A stretch of 64,000 nt of DNA from positions 1,674,001 to 1,738,000 of the forward strand of contig NW_026515669.1 of assembly GCF_025526975.1 (NCBI RefSeq), in the 5' to 3' direction. The translations under genes and the position numbers were made by a program. The DNA comes from Fimicolochytrium jonesii. Taxonomy: Eukaryota. The notes beneath the pieces are model-generated. The model saw only the letters and a list, made by a program, of their open reading frames with translations, was not told the DNA's origin and did not search any database. Positions 1-10,527 of this stretch are shown one piece after another (position 1 is the first letter of the stretch; every line of letters begins with the position of its first letter).

Positions 1-465
1 AAACAAGCGAAGTATCACGATCGTGGACGTCGTGTACAGAGCTTTTGTCCAGGAGATAAAGTCCTGTTGAACAGCGACGGGATAACGATCCCTGCGTTCA
101 ATAAGAAGCCGCTCAAGTTTAGACAGAGCTGGCTAGGACCCTTCATCGTGAAGAAGGAAGGACCACACCCGGAAACGTACAAGTTAGAGCTGCCAGCTTT
201 AATGGGCGCTTTATACCCGGTCTTCTATACAGATATCTTGAAGCCTTGGCATGAGCCGACTTCAGGTCTGCTGCGCATCGACGATGTAGAGGACTCTAAC
301 CCAGAGCCTGTCCAAGTCGAAGGCGAGGAAGAATACTATGTCGATAAGATTATCGGACGTAGGTTGGTCCATGGAAAACCCGAGTATCTCGTTCAGTGGG
401 TTGGTTACCCACCTGAGCAGACGACATGGGAAACGCATGAGCGAGTAAGAGGTGCGCTGCGTTAG
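1..465 (+). pseudogene. Gypsy Pol C-terminus (integrase GPY/F module + chromodomain), 5'-partial, probable frameshift near 455
   Basis: ORF 67..465 plus open upstream frame. A shifted frame continues ALDDSILVHGEVESVTDKRKRKRSKG to ~541, suggesting a 1-nt deletion. Confidence 0.85.
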
Positions 466-1046
466 ACGACTCCATCTTGGTCCATGGTGAAGTAGAATCC
501 GTTACAGATAAGCGAAAGCGGAAGCGCTCTAAGGGAACTGAGGCTCTGCGACACAAGAGTGCACGGTTGGCTGAGGGCCATGAATGATCTGTAGCCGGAG
601 ACTCAGTGGTGTGTATGCCCGGAGGTACACATAGGCGTTGACTCTGAACGACAGAGCTTCGTTGGCTCGATGGTTGCGTACATCCATTGCCCGACAACTT
701 GTATTAGGCAACGTGCGATACAAAGCACACCCGTTGCATTCACAGCTGGGGTACCCGCTGCCGGTAGCAGGTAGCGTGGATGGCGTATACCATTGAATTA
801 GAATGGTTTGCAAGCGTCGCTACCCACAACGGTCTTATGGAAAGCTTTCCTGAATGACACACTATTCTGACGTCCAGTTGGCAAACCATGGCTTTCAGCG
901 AAAAAGCCATGGCTTTTTTGCATGGTTATTTGGACCGACGACGACAAGCACCATTAAGGATTGCGCTGGGTGCGATCCCGGACACTTTCATATTCTACTC
1001 TGCTGGAGATTGCTGGGCAGGTTCGCATCGTAGAATTTGGGGGGGG

Positions 1047-1367
1047 TGTAATGTGTGTTGGGTTGTCCGGTCTTATTGGAGAACGACGCGTCAGTGAAAG
1101 CCCTTACGCCCTAAGCACTCGGGCTTACGCCCTTCACGCTCAGGCTTACGCCCTTCACGCACAACAGTGTTCTCCAGTGGACCCCGACCACATGAGTACT
1201 ATAACAGTGCTCGTCGCGAGTTCCTATTCACAACAAGTAGTTCTTTTACTACATACCGAATAGCAGCGCCGGCGAACACCCAGTCCGTCTACAATACCTT
1301 ACAGCAAAGTAGTTATTGTACACGAACATCAGTTATACAACCCGTGTGGAAGGTAGTCCACATCACA
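1047..1367 (+). repeat. 3' LTR (~321 bp)
   Basis: Starts TGTAATGTG right after the PPT and ends CACATCACA (8/9 match to the inverted start; TG...CA). Contains three ~21-bp tandem copies with core CTTACGCCCT at ~1101-1162. Confidence 0.7.
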
Positions 1368-2496
1368 TCTGCGGTACCCTGTCCGCGCATATACTCTCGC
1401 AAACGCTTCACACAGTATCCTTATCACCGCTCACTGGCAAGTGATTCTGTTTGCATTGCTCCCTGAGTGCTGCCAGCGTGGACGCGTAAAGCCCAGTCTT
1501 TGGCTGTTTCCTCCCTTTGTTGCTGTTGCTGCGTTTGCCTTTCATGACATAAAAGTCATACCAACGCTCCTTCCTTGTTGTATCCGGCGCCAACTCTCCT
1601 TCTACCATGAAATCCCAGAAATAATAAAGGCTCAGAGCACCGAAGGCACAAAGTTGAACGTCACTATGGCGCATGAGCGCTTTGTACTCTGCTCGACCGA
1701 CTCGATGCTCTTTGCCTTGCCACTGCGTGAGACTCAATAAATAGCAATCCGTGGGCCCCTCGCCTTCCATTTCCCGCAACCATGTATCGGCAAGTTGGAT
1801 GAATCGCACGCTCTGCCCGCGCCCGAAGGTTGAATGCTGCATATAAAAGCAAGCCCGGTTTCACAAGCCGACGCCAACATGATGGTCTTTCATCCACCAG
1901 TCAGATAATTTCCGTTGATGCTCGCTTGTGTATTTGTTGAGCAGCGTGCCTTTCCCGCGGTCTTCGTATGTCGCTTGCCGGACGTTGTGTCGATCCTGTG
2001 CGATGCTTTTCAGCTTGTCCGTAACCACTGAATCTCGAGGACGGGGCCATGGGTGGACACCGCCAGGGCACCGCTTTCCTTGCTCCTTCCATAGAAACAC
2101 CAGCGACTTGACACACTGCTGCACGGAGGCTCGTTTCAGCGGTGCAGGGCGCCCGTCAATCTTTTCCTTTCGATTGCCCCGAGGCAGCACCACTTCATTG
2201 AGGAAACAAATGACCTTATCGGCGTTGACCATCACTCCATCCGTATAGTTCTTCACATTCTTACACCATGCGGAAAACTTGATCTGGATGGGATCATAGC
2301 TCGCCCTTGTAGCAGGCGCCGATGCTTGGCGTGCCGCTGCGATTTCATTTTGTCGATGAATCGCATGAAGTGCGTTATTGCAGCCTTCATCAGACACAAA
2401 GCCCCCACGCAACAGCTGATTCTGCCACACGGCCGCAGCTGTCACTGAGGCTGGGAGAAGTCTAGGGTCCACAGTGCGCCTTTCCTTGGCGTCCAT
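1368..2496 (-). pseudogene. Crypton (CryptonF / NDC10-II-type) tyrosine recombinase, interrupted
   Basis: ORFs 1861..2850 and 1408..1842 are in the same frame, separated by one TGA at 1861-1863 (probably CGA). Motifs: ATRASY..IQIKFSAWC, YEDRGKGTL, RGQSVR..QLAD, GK....GR.EY..LMRHSDVQLCAFGALSLY, WYD. The gene is cut at 1368 by the LTR. Confidence 0.85.
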
Positions 2497-3156
2497 CCTT
2501 CTGTCCTGATAAACAGTCAACAAAAGCCGGTAGTCCAAAAACTCGCTTGAATTGAAGGCCTCCAAGAACAGAAGGGTTATTGCGTATCCAGTGGTGTCCG
2601 TGACAGCGTCAAGGATGGACGGACGGTCGCAGTGCACCCTCACAGACCTTCTGTCCGAATAAAGTGCTCCAGACGCTTGGAAATGAGGGAAACGGTGGAA
2701 TGGCGGGCAAATAAAGGACAGAAGGTAGACGGTCGCCGGTCGCCAAACAAAACACGGAGGGGCAGCAAAAGAGAGCACCAGAGAGCAGAAGGGCAGGCAC
2801 CGGGCAGTGGAGGGTGACCAAAACCTGATAAGTGAAAAATGGAATGGCAAATGGAAATGCTAAAATGCTCGAATGCAATGCCGAATTGCCGAACTGCGAA
2901 GGTAACTACTGTCATGGGGTGGCGGCTCCAATCAATCAACTGTTACTGTTCAACCGTAGGCCATACAGGAGGTATGTGTGACATCCATATCCTTTTTTTG
3001 GGTATGAAAACGTGCTACTAAGTGAGGTCTACTAGTCGACAGTTATATATACACTAGGAAGCGCGCTCGTGTGGCGCAGCGTGGCTTGCTGTCACGGCTG
3101 CGCCACCGTGACATCGGCGCATCCTATGTGACATTCCGTGACTAGAGTCCTATAAA

Positions 3157-6100
3157 CACTGCCATCTACCGACCTACCATGACCTAGTCGGTGGCCCAGT
3201 TTGCCGTTGTCGGGGGCGATTCACCTTGCCTCCGTAACGGCGAGTGATCTTACCATCTGCCAATATTTCGCAAAATCACTCCACGTTGTTGACTAGTTGC
3301 TTCGCATTTTGCCCTGTATCCTGAAGAAGTCCGCTGCAGAAATTGTGATACGGATGCTCCAAACGCCGCGAGAGGTATTCGCGAAAAGGTGCGGCAAACG
3401 ATCTCTCGGTCACTTGCAAACTGTCGGGGAGCTACTCCGGATTGGCCATGAGTATGACTCCGCCCGTCGGATGCTCTCCTGCAAAAGTCGCGCAAGAGCC
3501 AGATGGCATCTCCTTCGGCGAGCGGAGCCCTGGGCCGAGGGAGATGCCATCTGACTCGCGCGCGACTCCGATTCCTCGGATGTCCGGATGAAAATGCTTC
3601 TCTGCCCGGTGGGATTGAAGGCGGTGGAAGGGCCACTGGGGCCGGCCCCAGGGCTGCGCGCTCAGCGTTCCAAAGGGCTTCAAGATCTCGAGCTCGCGCG
3701 TGGAGAATTGTATTTCCACCGCACCCAGGATTTGCGATAGGGAGGCCGTCCTCGTCGCGAATCTCCAGACCCTCTGCTACAAAGTGAATAAACCTTGTCT
3801 CGGTAGGGGTTACCGGGACAAGTTGCTTGTGCACTTTGAAGTCGAGGTTGATCGGCGTTGTCCCCTGCAGCCACCGGAGAGTAAAGCGACCCCGCGAGTC
3901 GATCAATATACCCCGCCCTTCGAGGACAGTTGCGGGTCGCATCAACGCCGCCCTTTCCGGTGCGAATCGCATGAGACTCCTATCCCGCTGTCTCTGCGCG
4001 GAAAAGAAGCCATCGGGAAGACCCGCTCGGAGCTGTTCCCCTTTCTGAATCAACGCTCTCGTTCGGGCCTCCAGATCAAACATCCAGTTATCGTCTGTGG
4101 CGCCTTCAGGTGCAAACGCCCGGAGGATCGTGCAGAGCGGGTGTCGACCGTCACGAAGTCCACACTCTCGCAATGACCAGGCCATGTAGTAACGATCACG
4201 AGGAACTTGCACGGCCCACGCCTTCCAACCATTCTCGTTCGTTTGGTCGGCGAGGTGCATCATGGAATCGGGATAATGGAGTTAAAAGGAGATTCACTTG
4301 CAGGCGACGCTCCGCGCTACCGGGATCTCCAATAGACCGCTGACAACGCTGCATCCGCTCTTTACCGTTGACCTGCCGGGCCACCACCTCCTCAGCAGAT
4401 ATCGCCCTTTGAACGCGTCTGTGTTCTGCTCGTTCTCGTCCCCACACGTCCGCCAACAAACGCTTGGCTGTTGCAAGTTTTGTGAAGAGTGGCCCGAACC
4501 CTTCATCCATGGTAGGAGAGTCCGGACTCACTCTTGCCAGGACACGCCTGCAGAAAGCTCGACGATCCCACGTTCCAGGATTCTGCTGATACCCATCATC
4601 GAGTTCGTTCACCACTCGAAACATGCGAAGTGTGATGAGCCATGTCAGATCGTAAACTTGACGAAGCGCTGGTGGTTGGCGTCCGTATTTGTCAAAACCG
4701 GGTGCAGATGCGGCATGATTAGAATGTCCTGTGGGCCGGAGGTCCGGTCACATTTGGGTCGAGAACCCACCCGGTCGGCCCGGTGGATGAGATAAACGGG
4801 AGTCCCACGAAGTCAAGAAAGCAGTCCATCGGCAAAAAGTGCTTGTGCAGGATGCGTGCCTTCGCGCAGGATGCGACCAGATAGGAGAATGTAACGGCCA
4901 TGAGGTGGCGTGTATATTTTATATATCGGCGGAGAAGCGACAGGCCTGCCGATATGCTCTCGTCAGACGGAGCGGGCCACGGGTGTAGATCGACGAACGG
5001 GAAGATTCTGCTATCAAAGTGGAGCCCTTCACTTGAGGAGCTCGTCTCAATTGCTTGATAGCGGCGTATGAAGTCCTTCACAATATGAGCAGATCGCGAT
5101 TTGCCAGTCCAATACCCTTTCCCCCTAAAATACTCTTCTCTTGTGATGTCCTTGCCGATGAAAATGAAGGGAATATGTTTGGTATCCTTCCGACATCGTG
5201 GTATTGCCTGCTCGTACAGACTGGCGATTGCGTCAGCGGAGATCTCGTGGATGCCCGACCCAGTGAGCCCAGGCTCATTCTCAATGCACTACAACCTTGT
5301 CTCGCCAGTCCTGCGCCATACTTAACACAGACGCCGCCACCGCATGCGTGTCGCTGATGAAATTCGTCAAGTATTGATGCCTGGCTAGTGTTGATTCGGC
5401 AAGGCCATGGGATTCGATGTCTGGAACATAGCTAAGACATGCTCCTCCCAGTTGTCGATTCAGTAACGCATCTCGTCCGCCAAACAGGGCTGTGATCACA
5501 TTTTCTCTGTTGTCACGGGCTGAGCTGGATGCAAAAGCTGGGTACCGGGCGCCGCCGACCTCGAAAACCTCCCCGCGGCCTAAGTGTCTGGGCCACGCTT
5601 TGAAGCAAGGTCAGGAAGTCGTTCATGATGGAGCTGCCATCTTTCATGTCCTCCTTGAATCGCTTGTATGGGGTAGATGGGGTGCGGCATTTCCCGACAT
5701 ATCGCATGAAAATCACCGGGCATTGACGGAGTATCATCAATACGTTTCCTAGGACTTGCGCTTCATGAACAGGCATCCCTTGTTCCAACCAGTGCTGAAG
5801 CACACGCTCTGCGTCTTCCTTGGCAACGGCCCAGCCCCTCACGTAGTGAACTTCCTGATCGTCCAGAAGGTTCTGCTCGTCCGGCCTTGGGAGCGCGGTA
5901 GATTCAGCCAACCCACCATGTCATTATCCGTTATAGTCATGTGATTGTTGGCCAGATAATAGTGTTGCGGGTCCAGTCATTGATCTCGGTGCCCGCGGGA
6001 ATCAGGAACGACAGAGTTTGCAGATTGACATCGGTGGTATCGACACCTTCTTTGCCCATGCGATGTCGAAATTTTGAGAGGACCTGGCGCAAGGCTACAT

Positions 6101-6568
6101 CACGGTTTAGGGCCAAGCGCCAAAGAGCGGGGAAAGATGTGGTGGTCTCGTACGACAACGTATGCGTTGACCAAACCGGCGTGTTTTTTTGATGCGTCTG
6201 CGAACTTGCCGCAAATGCGCTTTTGGAGTCGATTTCGACAATGGAGCAGGAGCTTTTGCTTATCGAGTTTGGTTGGGCTTACACGTTTCCTGCACGGGTC
6301 GCATTTCTTCGCTTTCTTCGCACTCGCCTTCCAGCCGCTTCCCATCATGATCCCACAGTCCTCGCACCAGGCCAGGCGGGCAAATAGGTAGAACTCGTCG
6401 GCATTTGCATCCTCCAGGTTCCAGAAGATCATCTTCCCCGGGAGGTTCAAATGGTACACCGGGGCCACCATCGGAGTCGGTAGTTCTAAGGGCGGGATCT
6501 TGACAACGCCCCCGACAACTGCAAATTGGGCCACCGACTAGGTCATGGTAGGTCGGTAGATGGCCGTG
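3157..6568. mobile_element. TIR DNA element (3412 bp) with CACT/GG-starting 62-bp TIRs; CMC/CACTA-like ends, no DDE transposase recognised
   Basis: 3157-3218 (CACTGCCATCTACCGACCTACCATGACCTAGTCGGTGGCCCAGTTTGCCGTTGTCGGGGGCG) is the reverse complement of 6507-6568 at 59/62 positions. Flanks are AA / TA, so there is no perfect TSD. Confidence 0.85.
3250..6471 (-). pseudogene. Multiply frameshifted ~1000-aa protein: CxxC..CxxC finger, GIY-YIG-like nuclease motif, UDG-fold-like region, unknown C-terminus
   Basis: Consecutive minus-strand ORF fragments (6100..6534, 5937..6158, 5513..5911, 5281..5499, 4719..5081, 4196..4624, 3250..4263) tile the element. Motifs: CEDC-x17-CDPC; FMRYVGK..PYKRF.E...RENVI..LLNRQLGG; IFIGKDIT..G.SRS..FPFVDLHPW..LMAVTFS..IMPHLHP. 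Confidence 0.6.
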
Positions 6569-6964
6569 TACCGTATATGAACGTGTAGTGGGATGCCGGC
6601 CCATATACGTACAGATAGCGGTAGATGGCAGACTACAGATGGCGTATAGGTATGTGTAGTCTGCCCTGTATATGTAGCGATTAGGGTGTCGTGCGGTAGG
6701 GCCGCTACAAGCAACGCTTCAAATTCAATCCACGTAGCACATACTGTATATGTACAACAGTCAGGCTGCCAGATATCTGGTTACGACGCCCCAAGGACAC
6801 ATCATTCCGAGCATAGCTACCGGCTCAAGTTGCCGCCATGCAAACCCTTTCAGCACGACCGTTATAGATCAGGACACCATAGTTAACGCAACCTGACAGT
6901 GCGTATGCGCGCACAGAAACGCCCGCAGGTTCACGCGACAAATACACCTTTTCCTCACTCCGAC

Positions 6965-7029
6965 GCCATTGCCAATGCGCCATTGCCATTGTGCCATTGC
7001 CATTGCGCCATTGCCATTGCGCCATTGCG
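6965..7029 (+). repeat. GCCATT(GC) short tandem repeat in the transposon 5' region
   Basis: About nine GCCATT/GCCAAT units seen directly in the sequence. Confidence 0.9.
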
Positions 7030-7091
7030 AGTCCCAAACTGACTCCCCACAGCACACTGAGACCTCGTGGCCCATCACAGGCCCCTCCTGA

Positions 7092-8665
7092 GTGTGCCAA
7101 TGGCCTCCCCGCGCTGGACTAGACGTGGTGGCACCACCCTCAACACCTACCAACACGTCTGCACCGGCCACCCAGTCAACACCAGCCACCCAGTCAACTC
7201 CGCTGCGCCGCTCACCTAGATTCACCAACACTGCCAACCCGCAACACCTGTTCCCTCCTGTTCTCTCTTGCCCTCGTGGGAAGCCCTTGACCATAGAGGA
7301 AAAATATATGGTTGTCAGAATGGCGAGATTCCTTTACCTTCACGCAGACAACTATCCCGGCAACCCAGCTGCACTTGACGCACGTGGGAGAACGGCAGAG
7401 GCCTGTGGAGTTGGCAACAAGACCGTCACAGCGCTTTGCAAGGGGTACCGTGAAACCCAAATCTTTGAGAAGTCCGTTGACAAGAGGGGAAAGTACGAAC
7501 GTCTCCGACTGAACCACCGTGCCATGAAAATTGATATCCGAGAGCTGCTTCATACTCTCAACGCTGGAGGCTCCCCAGTCTCGTCAAACATTGTGCGCCA
7601 GCGTATGGTTGAGCTGTGGAAGGTCAACATATCGACAAAGTCTATCAACCGTATCCTTAAAGGGCTTGGCTTCAGCTGGGCCAACGCTTCAGCCGGTCAG
7701 TCATACACTGAAACCCTTGAGATTCACCGTAAGCGCTCAGAGTATTTGCGAGCAAGGATGGAGATGCGTACCAATCCGACTGGCGAGATGGAGATGTGGC
7801 TAGATGAAACATACTGCAATCAGCACCATGTCCAGCGGAAGACGTAGTTGGTGGACGCAACTACAATAGTGAAGAGAGGCAACAAAGGACCCAGACTCAT
7901 CATTGTGCATGCGGGAGGCCCTGATGGGTGGGTTGGAGAACCCGTTGTCTTTGCTGCCACTCAGTCACAAGGAGATTACCATGACAGGTATTTGAGGCGC
8001 TATGTGATCATTGCACCAACAAACTTTTGCGCAAAGCAGTTTTCATGATGGACAACGCTTCCTACCACCGCGGTTTGGATGAGCCCCGCCTTAACAGCAT
8101 GAAGGCGGAAGAACTGATGACCATGTTGAAGGAGAAGTATGGCGTGAATGAAATGGAGCTGCAGGTCCTGTTGAAGCGGATCAGTAAAAAGACAGGTCTT
8201 GGATGGAAATGGGCAACAGTGGCATCGATGCAGGCTATGGCAACCGAGAGAGGCTACAATCCCCGCATCAAGTGTGAACTCATCGCCGCGAGATACGGAC
8301 ACCGCATTCTTTGGCTTCCCCCTTATCACTGTGAGCTGAACCCGATTGAGCTTGCATGGGGACATGTGAAGAATTGGGTGGCGCAGAACAACGACGGGAG
8401 CAACTTCAAGAAGGTTAGGGAACTGGTGCTTCGAGGATTTGACCAGGTTTCCATGGAGTCATGGAAACGGAAGGTTGCAAAGGCCGTGAGATGGGAAGAC
8501 TGGTATATCCAGAAGAAGCATGTTGTTTTGAACGATCAACTGGCCGCTTCTACGCCAACGTCACTGGTTATTGACTGGGAGGATGGTGACAGTGATGTGA
8601 AGGATGTCTTGGATGCTGAGATTGAGGCATCGATTGAGGAAGAAGGCATGTTGGGGGATGAATAG
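7092..8665 (+). pseudogene. DDE transposase (DD98E), inactivated by a stop at 7845-7847 and a frameshift/deletion near 7990-8030
   Basis: HTH region followed by WLDETY, KGPRLIIVHAG, GDYHD, MMDNASYH, LPPYHCELNPIELAWGHVK. 98 residues counted between the second D and the E. Confidence 0.9.
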
Positions 8666-8981
8666 GCAACATTTTGCATTATTTTTTTTCTACTGAATAG
8701 AGAGATTGTCGGAACCGGACTTGACACTGTTACTTTGTCATGATAGTCTGTGTGTTTGACAAAGGAAACTTGTGGAAAAAAGAAACCCGGCGATTCCGCT
8801 GGAAAATACTGTCAACCAGTTTCTTGGCTCTATGGGGCGACGCGGGTGCACGCCCGTCAATTTGCGTTAACTATGGTGTTGTGATCTATAGCCCAGGGCA
8901 AGATTGACAGCCGGTGACTCTGGGTTGCACAGGGAGGCTCAACAACCCGTCGTAATGAGATAGCTTGCAGCCTACTATATA

Positions 8982-9183
8982 CAGTAGGTGGCCAAAAGTC
9001 CGCGTACGACGCGACAAGGACACATCATCCCCCAGCATAGCCACCAGCAGAAGTCGCCACTAGTCGCTGGCTTGCCTGTCCATCTGGAGAAGTACGGAAA
9101 TTGACGGCACCTGGTCGTTGACTTTTGCGTTGCACATGGAGGCTTGGCGAACCCGTCGTACCCGGACTTTTGGCCACCTACTG
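8982..9183. mobile_element. 202-bp MITE with TA target-site duplication
   Basis: TA|CAGTAGGTGGCCAAAAGTCCGCGTACGACG ... CGTCGTACCCGGACTTTTGGCCACCTACTG|TA: near-perfect 30-bp TIR with no coding capacity. Confidence 0.9.
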
Positions 9184-9344
9184 TACTGTACCCTCGCAAA
9201 AAGCTGGCTCCCCTCAAAATCAAGTCTCATCAGTGTCGCCATGAAGAGTGGTTGCGGTTGGCCAAATGGGACGCTTGAGAAGTGTCAGGCATATCAAACC
9301 ATGGTATGTGAACAATGTGCTTTGCTCAATGTTAGTTATGGAAG

Positions 9345-9417
9345 GCCCGCGTGGCCTAATGGATAAGGCATTGCCCTCCTAAGGCAGGGATTGGGAGTTC
9401 GAGTCTCCCCGTGGGTG
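9345..9417 (+). tRNA. tRNA-Arg (anticodon CCT), intronless
   Basis: Acceptor stem GCCCGCG/CGTGGGT, D-arm TGGCCTAATGGATAAGGC, anticodon arm TTGCC-CTCCTAA-GGCAG, T-arm GGGAG-TTCGAGT-CTCCC. Followed by oligo-T Pol III terminator runs at 9422-9443. Confidence 0.97.
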
Positions 9418-9643
9418 CGTATTTTTCGCTCTTTTTTTCTTTTCGTTTGTTTCGCCCTCCCACTGTTCGCTCGGCATGTGGGAGGGCATGCCGGGAACAG
9501 TGGTGTTGCGGCGCAGAATTCTTCGAACGGAAAACTTGCGTTTGTACGTTGGCGTGGGTTGTTGAGAAAAACCCACCGAGCGATTTTGTTCCCCCAGCGC
9601 TGGTTCATTTTGAACGACAACATGTCTTGCGGGTCCACTTGAA

Positions 9644-10140
9644 TTACAGGAAACGGTGAGGCAGGTCTGAGAAGATCGCCGGAAGTGCAAAAGGCGGGCC
9701 GATTGATGTGTTGTGCGATGTGGTTGCCATCTTGTCCGAGACGGCTGCATAGGTCAGGTCAGAGATGGGTTGGGAGCCATGAAACTCTTTAATCCGCTTG
9801 TCGAGCAGATCCTCGCTACGGGCCCCGAGTCCAGGCACAAATCTGCGAGTCCTGGGCGATTCTCATCATTTCCGACTTATTGCATGATCGCAAGACCTGG
9901 CTGTCGCTTGGAATGCCTCGATACATTGACGCTGTTGACGGGCAAGGGAAGACAACGTGGGAGAGAGAATTCGACACCGGCCACGGACCTGTTGTGAAGA
10001 CCAAGGCCTTCCCAGCTTTGCCGACAGCTCTCTGACCCTGGCTCCACCTGTTGGCCCCATCAAGGTTTACCTGTCCCCGATGCTGACGAAATCTGTTTTG
10101 GACAACTGTGGCTGCTTTGCGCCAATAGCACTTTTAATCC
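9644..10140 (-). pseudogene. Possible degraded Myb/SANT-repeat gene fragment
   Basis: Fragments VRELSAKLGRPWSSQQVRGRCRILSP and SEDLLDKRIKEF...SDLTYAAVSDKMAT resemble Myb repeat helices, broken by stops and frameshifts. Confidence 0.25.
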
Positions 10141-10527
10141 CCTATGGGAGCCGCCGTAGGTTCAGCAAGCGGTGGAAGGCCGACAGCGCGCATCTTCCTA
10201 TCGCCGCAAGCAGTTCACGGGCTACGGTGACATGAAACATACCAGGTAGCATGGGCCAGGCAGCTTCACGACGGCGATCATATAGTACTTAGATTTATAT
10301 CGAAGGAATTATTACACATACGGCGCGAACCACAAGGAGGAAATGAATGCGAGAAATGAGAATACAGCCAAGTCGGTCATCAACCGTTCGGCAGCCAATT
10401 AATGGCGAGGAAAACATACATCCGCCACGAAATTCCCCCTTTCCACATCCAGCGGATTACGTACACTAAGAGAACCCTTGGCCCCAACCCTTGCATCAAC
10501 ACCGAATCCCCGCACATTTGATTTCCC

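Larger units (their letters stand above)
1..1367 (+). mobile_element. 3' part of a Ty3/Gypsy (chromovirus-type) LTR retrotransposon: integrase C-terminus, chromodomain, PPT and 3' LTR
   Basis: The frame open from base 1 gives GDKVLL...WLGPFIV...YKLELP...YPVFY (GPY/F module) and EYYVDKIIGRR...EYLVQWVGYPPEQTTWE (chromodomain). A G8 polypurine tract at 1039-1046 is directly followed by TGTAATGTG. Confidence 0.9.
6863..8890 (+). mobile_element. IS630-Tc1-mariner superfamily DNA transposon (Sailor-like, long DDxE spacing)
   Basis: 35-bp inverted repeats at 6863-6897 and 8856-8890 (TATAGATCA..ACACCATAGTTAACGCAA..TGAC; 31/35 including the probable TA TSD) flank a transposase gene. Confidence 0.9.
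6758..8977. mobile_element. ~195-bp Tc1/mariner-type MITE split by insertion of the 6863-8890 element (left arm ~6758-6862, right arm ~8891-8977)
   Basis: The left end CAGTCAGGCTGCCAGATATCTGGTTACGACG is an imperfect inverted copy of the right end CGTCGTAATGAGATAGCTTGCAGCCTACT. Both arms align with the intact MITE at 8982-9183 (shared CAAGGACACATCAT, AGCATAGC, GTTGCACA.GGAGGCT, AACCCGTCGTA). Confidence 0.7.

Noticed and set aside
1101..1162. Three ~21-bp repeats as a CRISPR-like array
   Set aside because: Head-to-tail tandem units without unique spacers, inside an LTR of a eukaryote.
3071..3145. Helitron 3' end (hairpin + CTAG)
   Set aside because: The CTAG is too far from the hairpin and not followed by T; no Rep/helicase sequence nearby.
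1..9200. Fanzor/TnpB RNA-guided nuclease associated with the Crypton, CACTA-like or Tc1-like elements
   Set aside because: No RuvC motifs (D-P/L-G, E, zinc finger + RD) were found in any frame I could read.
1..9200. RIP-type hypermutation of the transposons
   Set aside because: Lesions are mostly indels with only a few transition-type stops, and the elements are not visibly AT-shifted.
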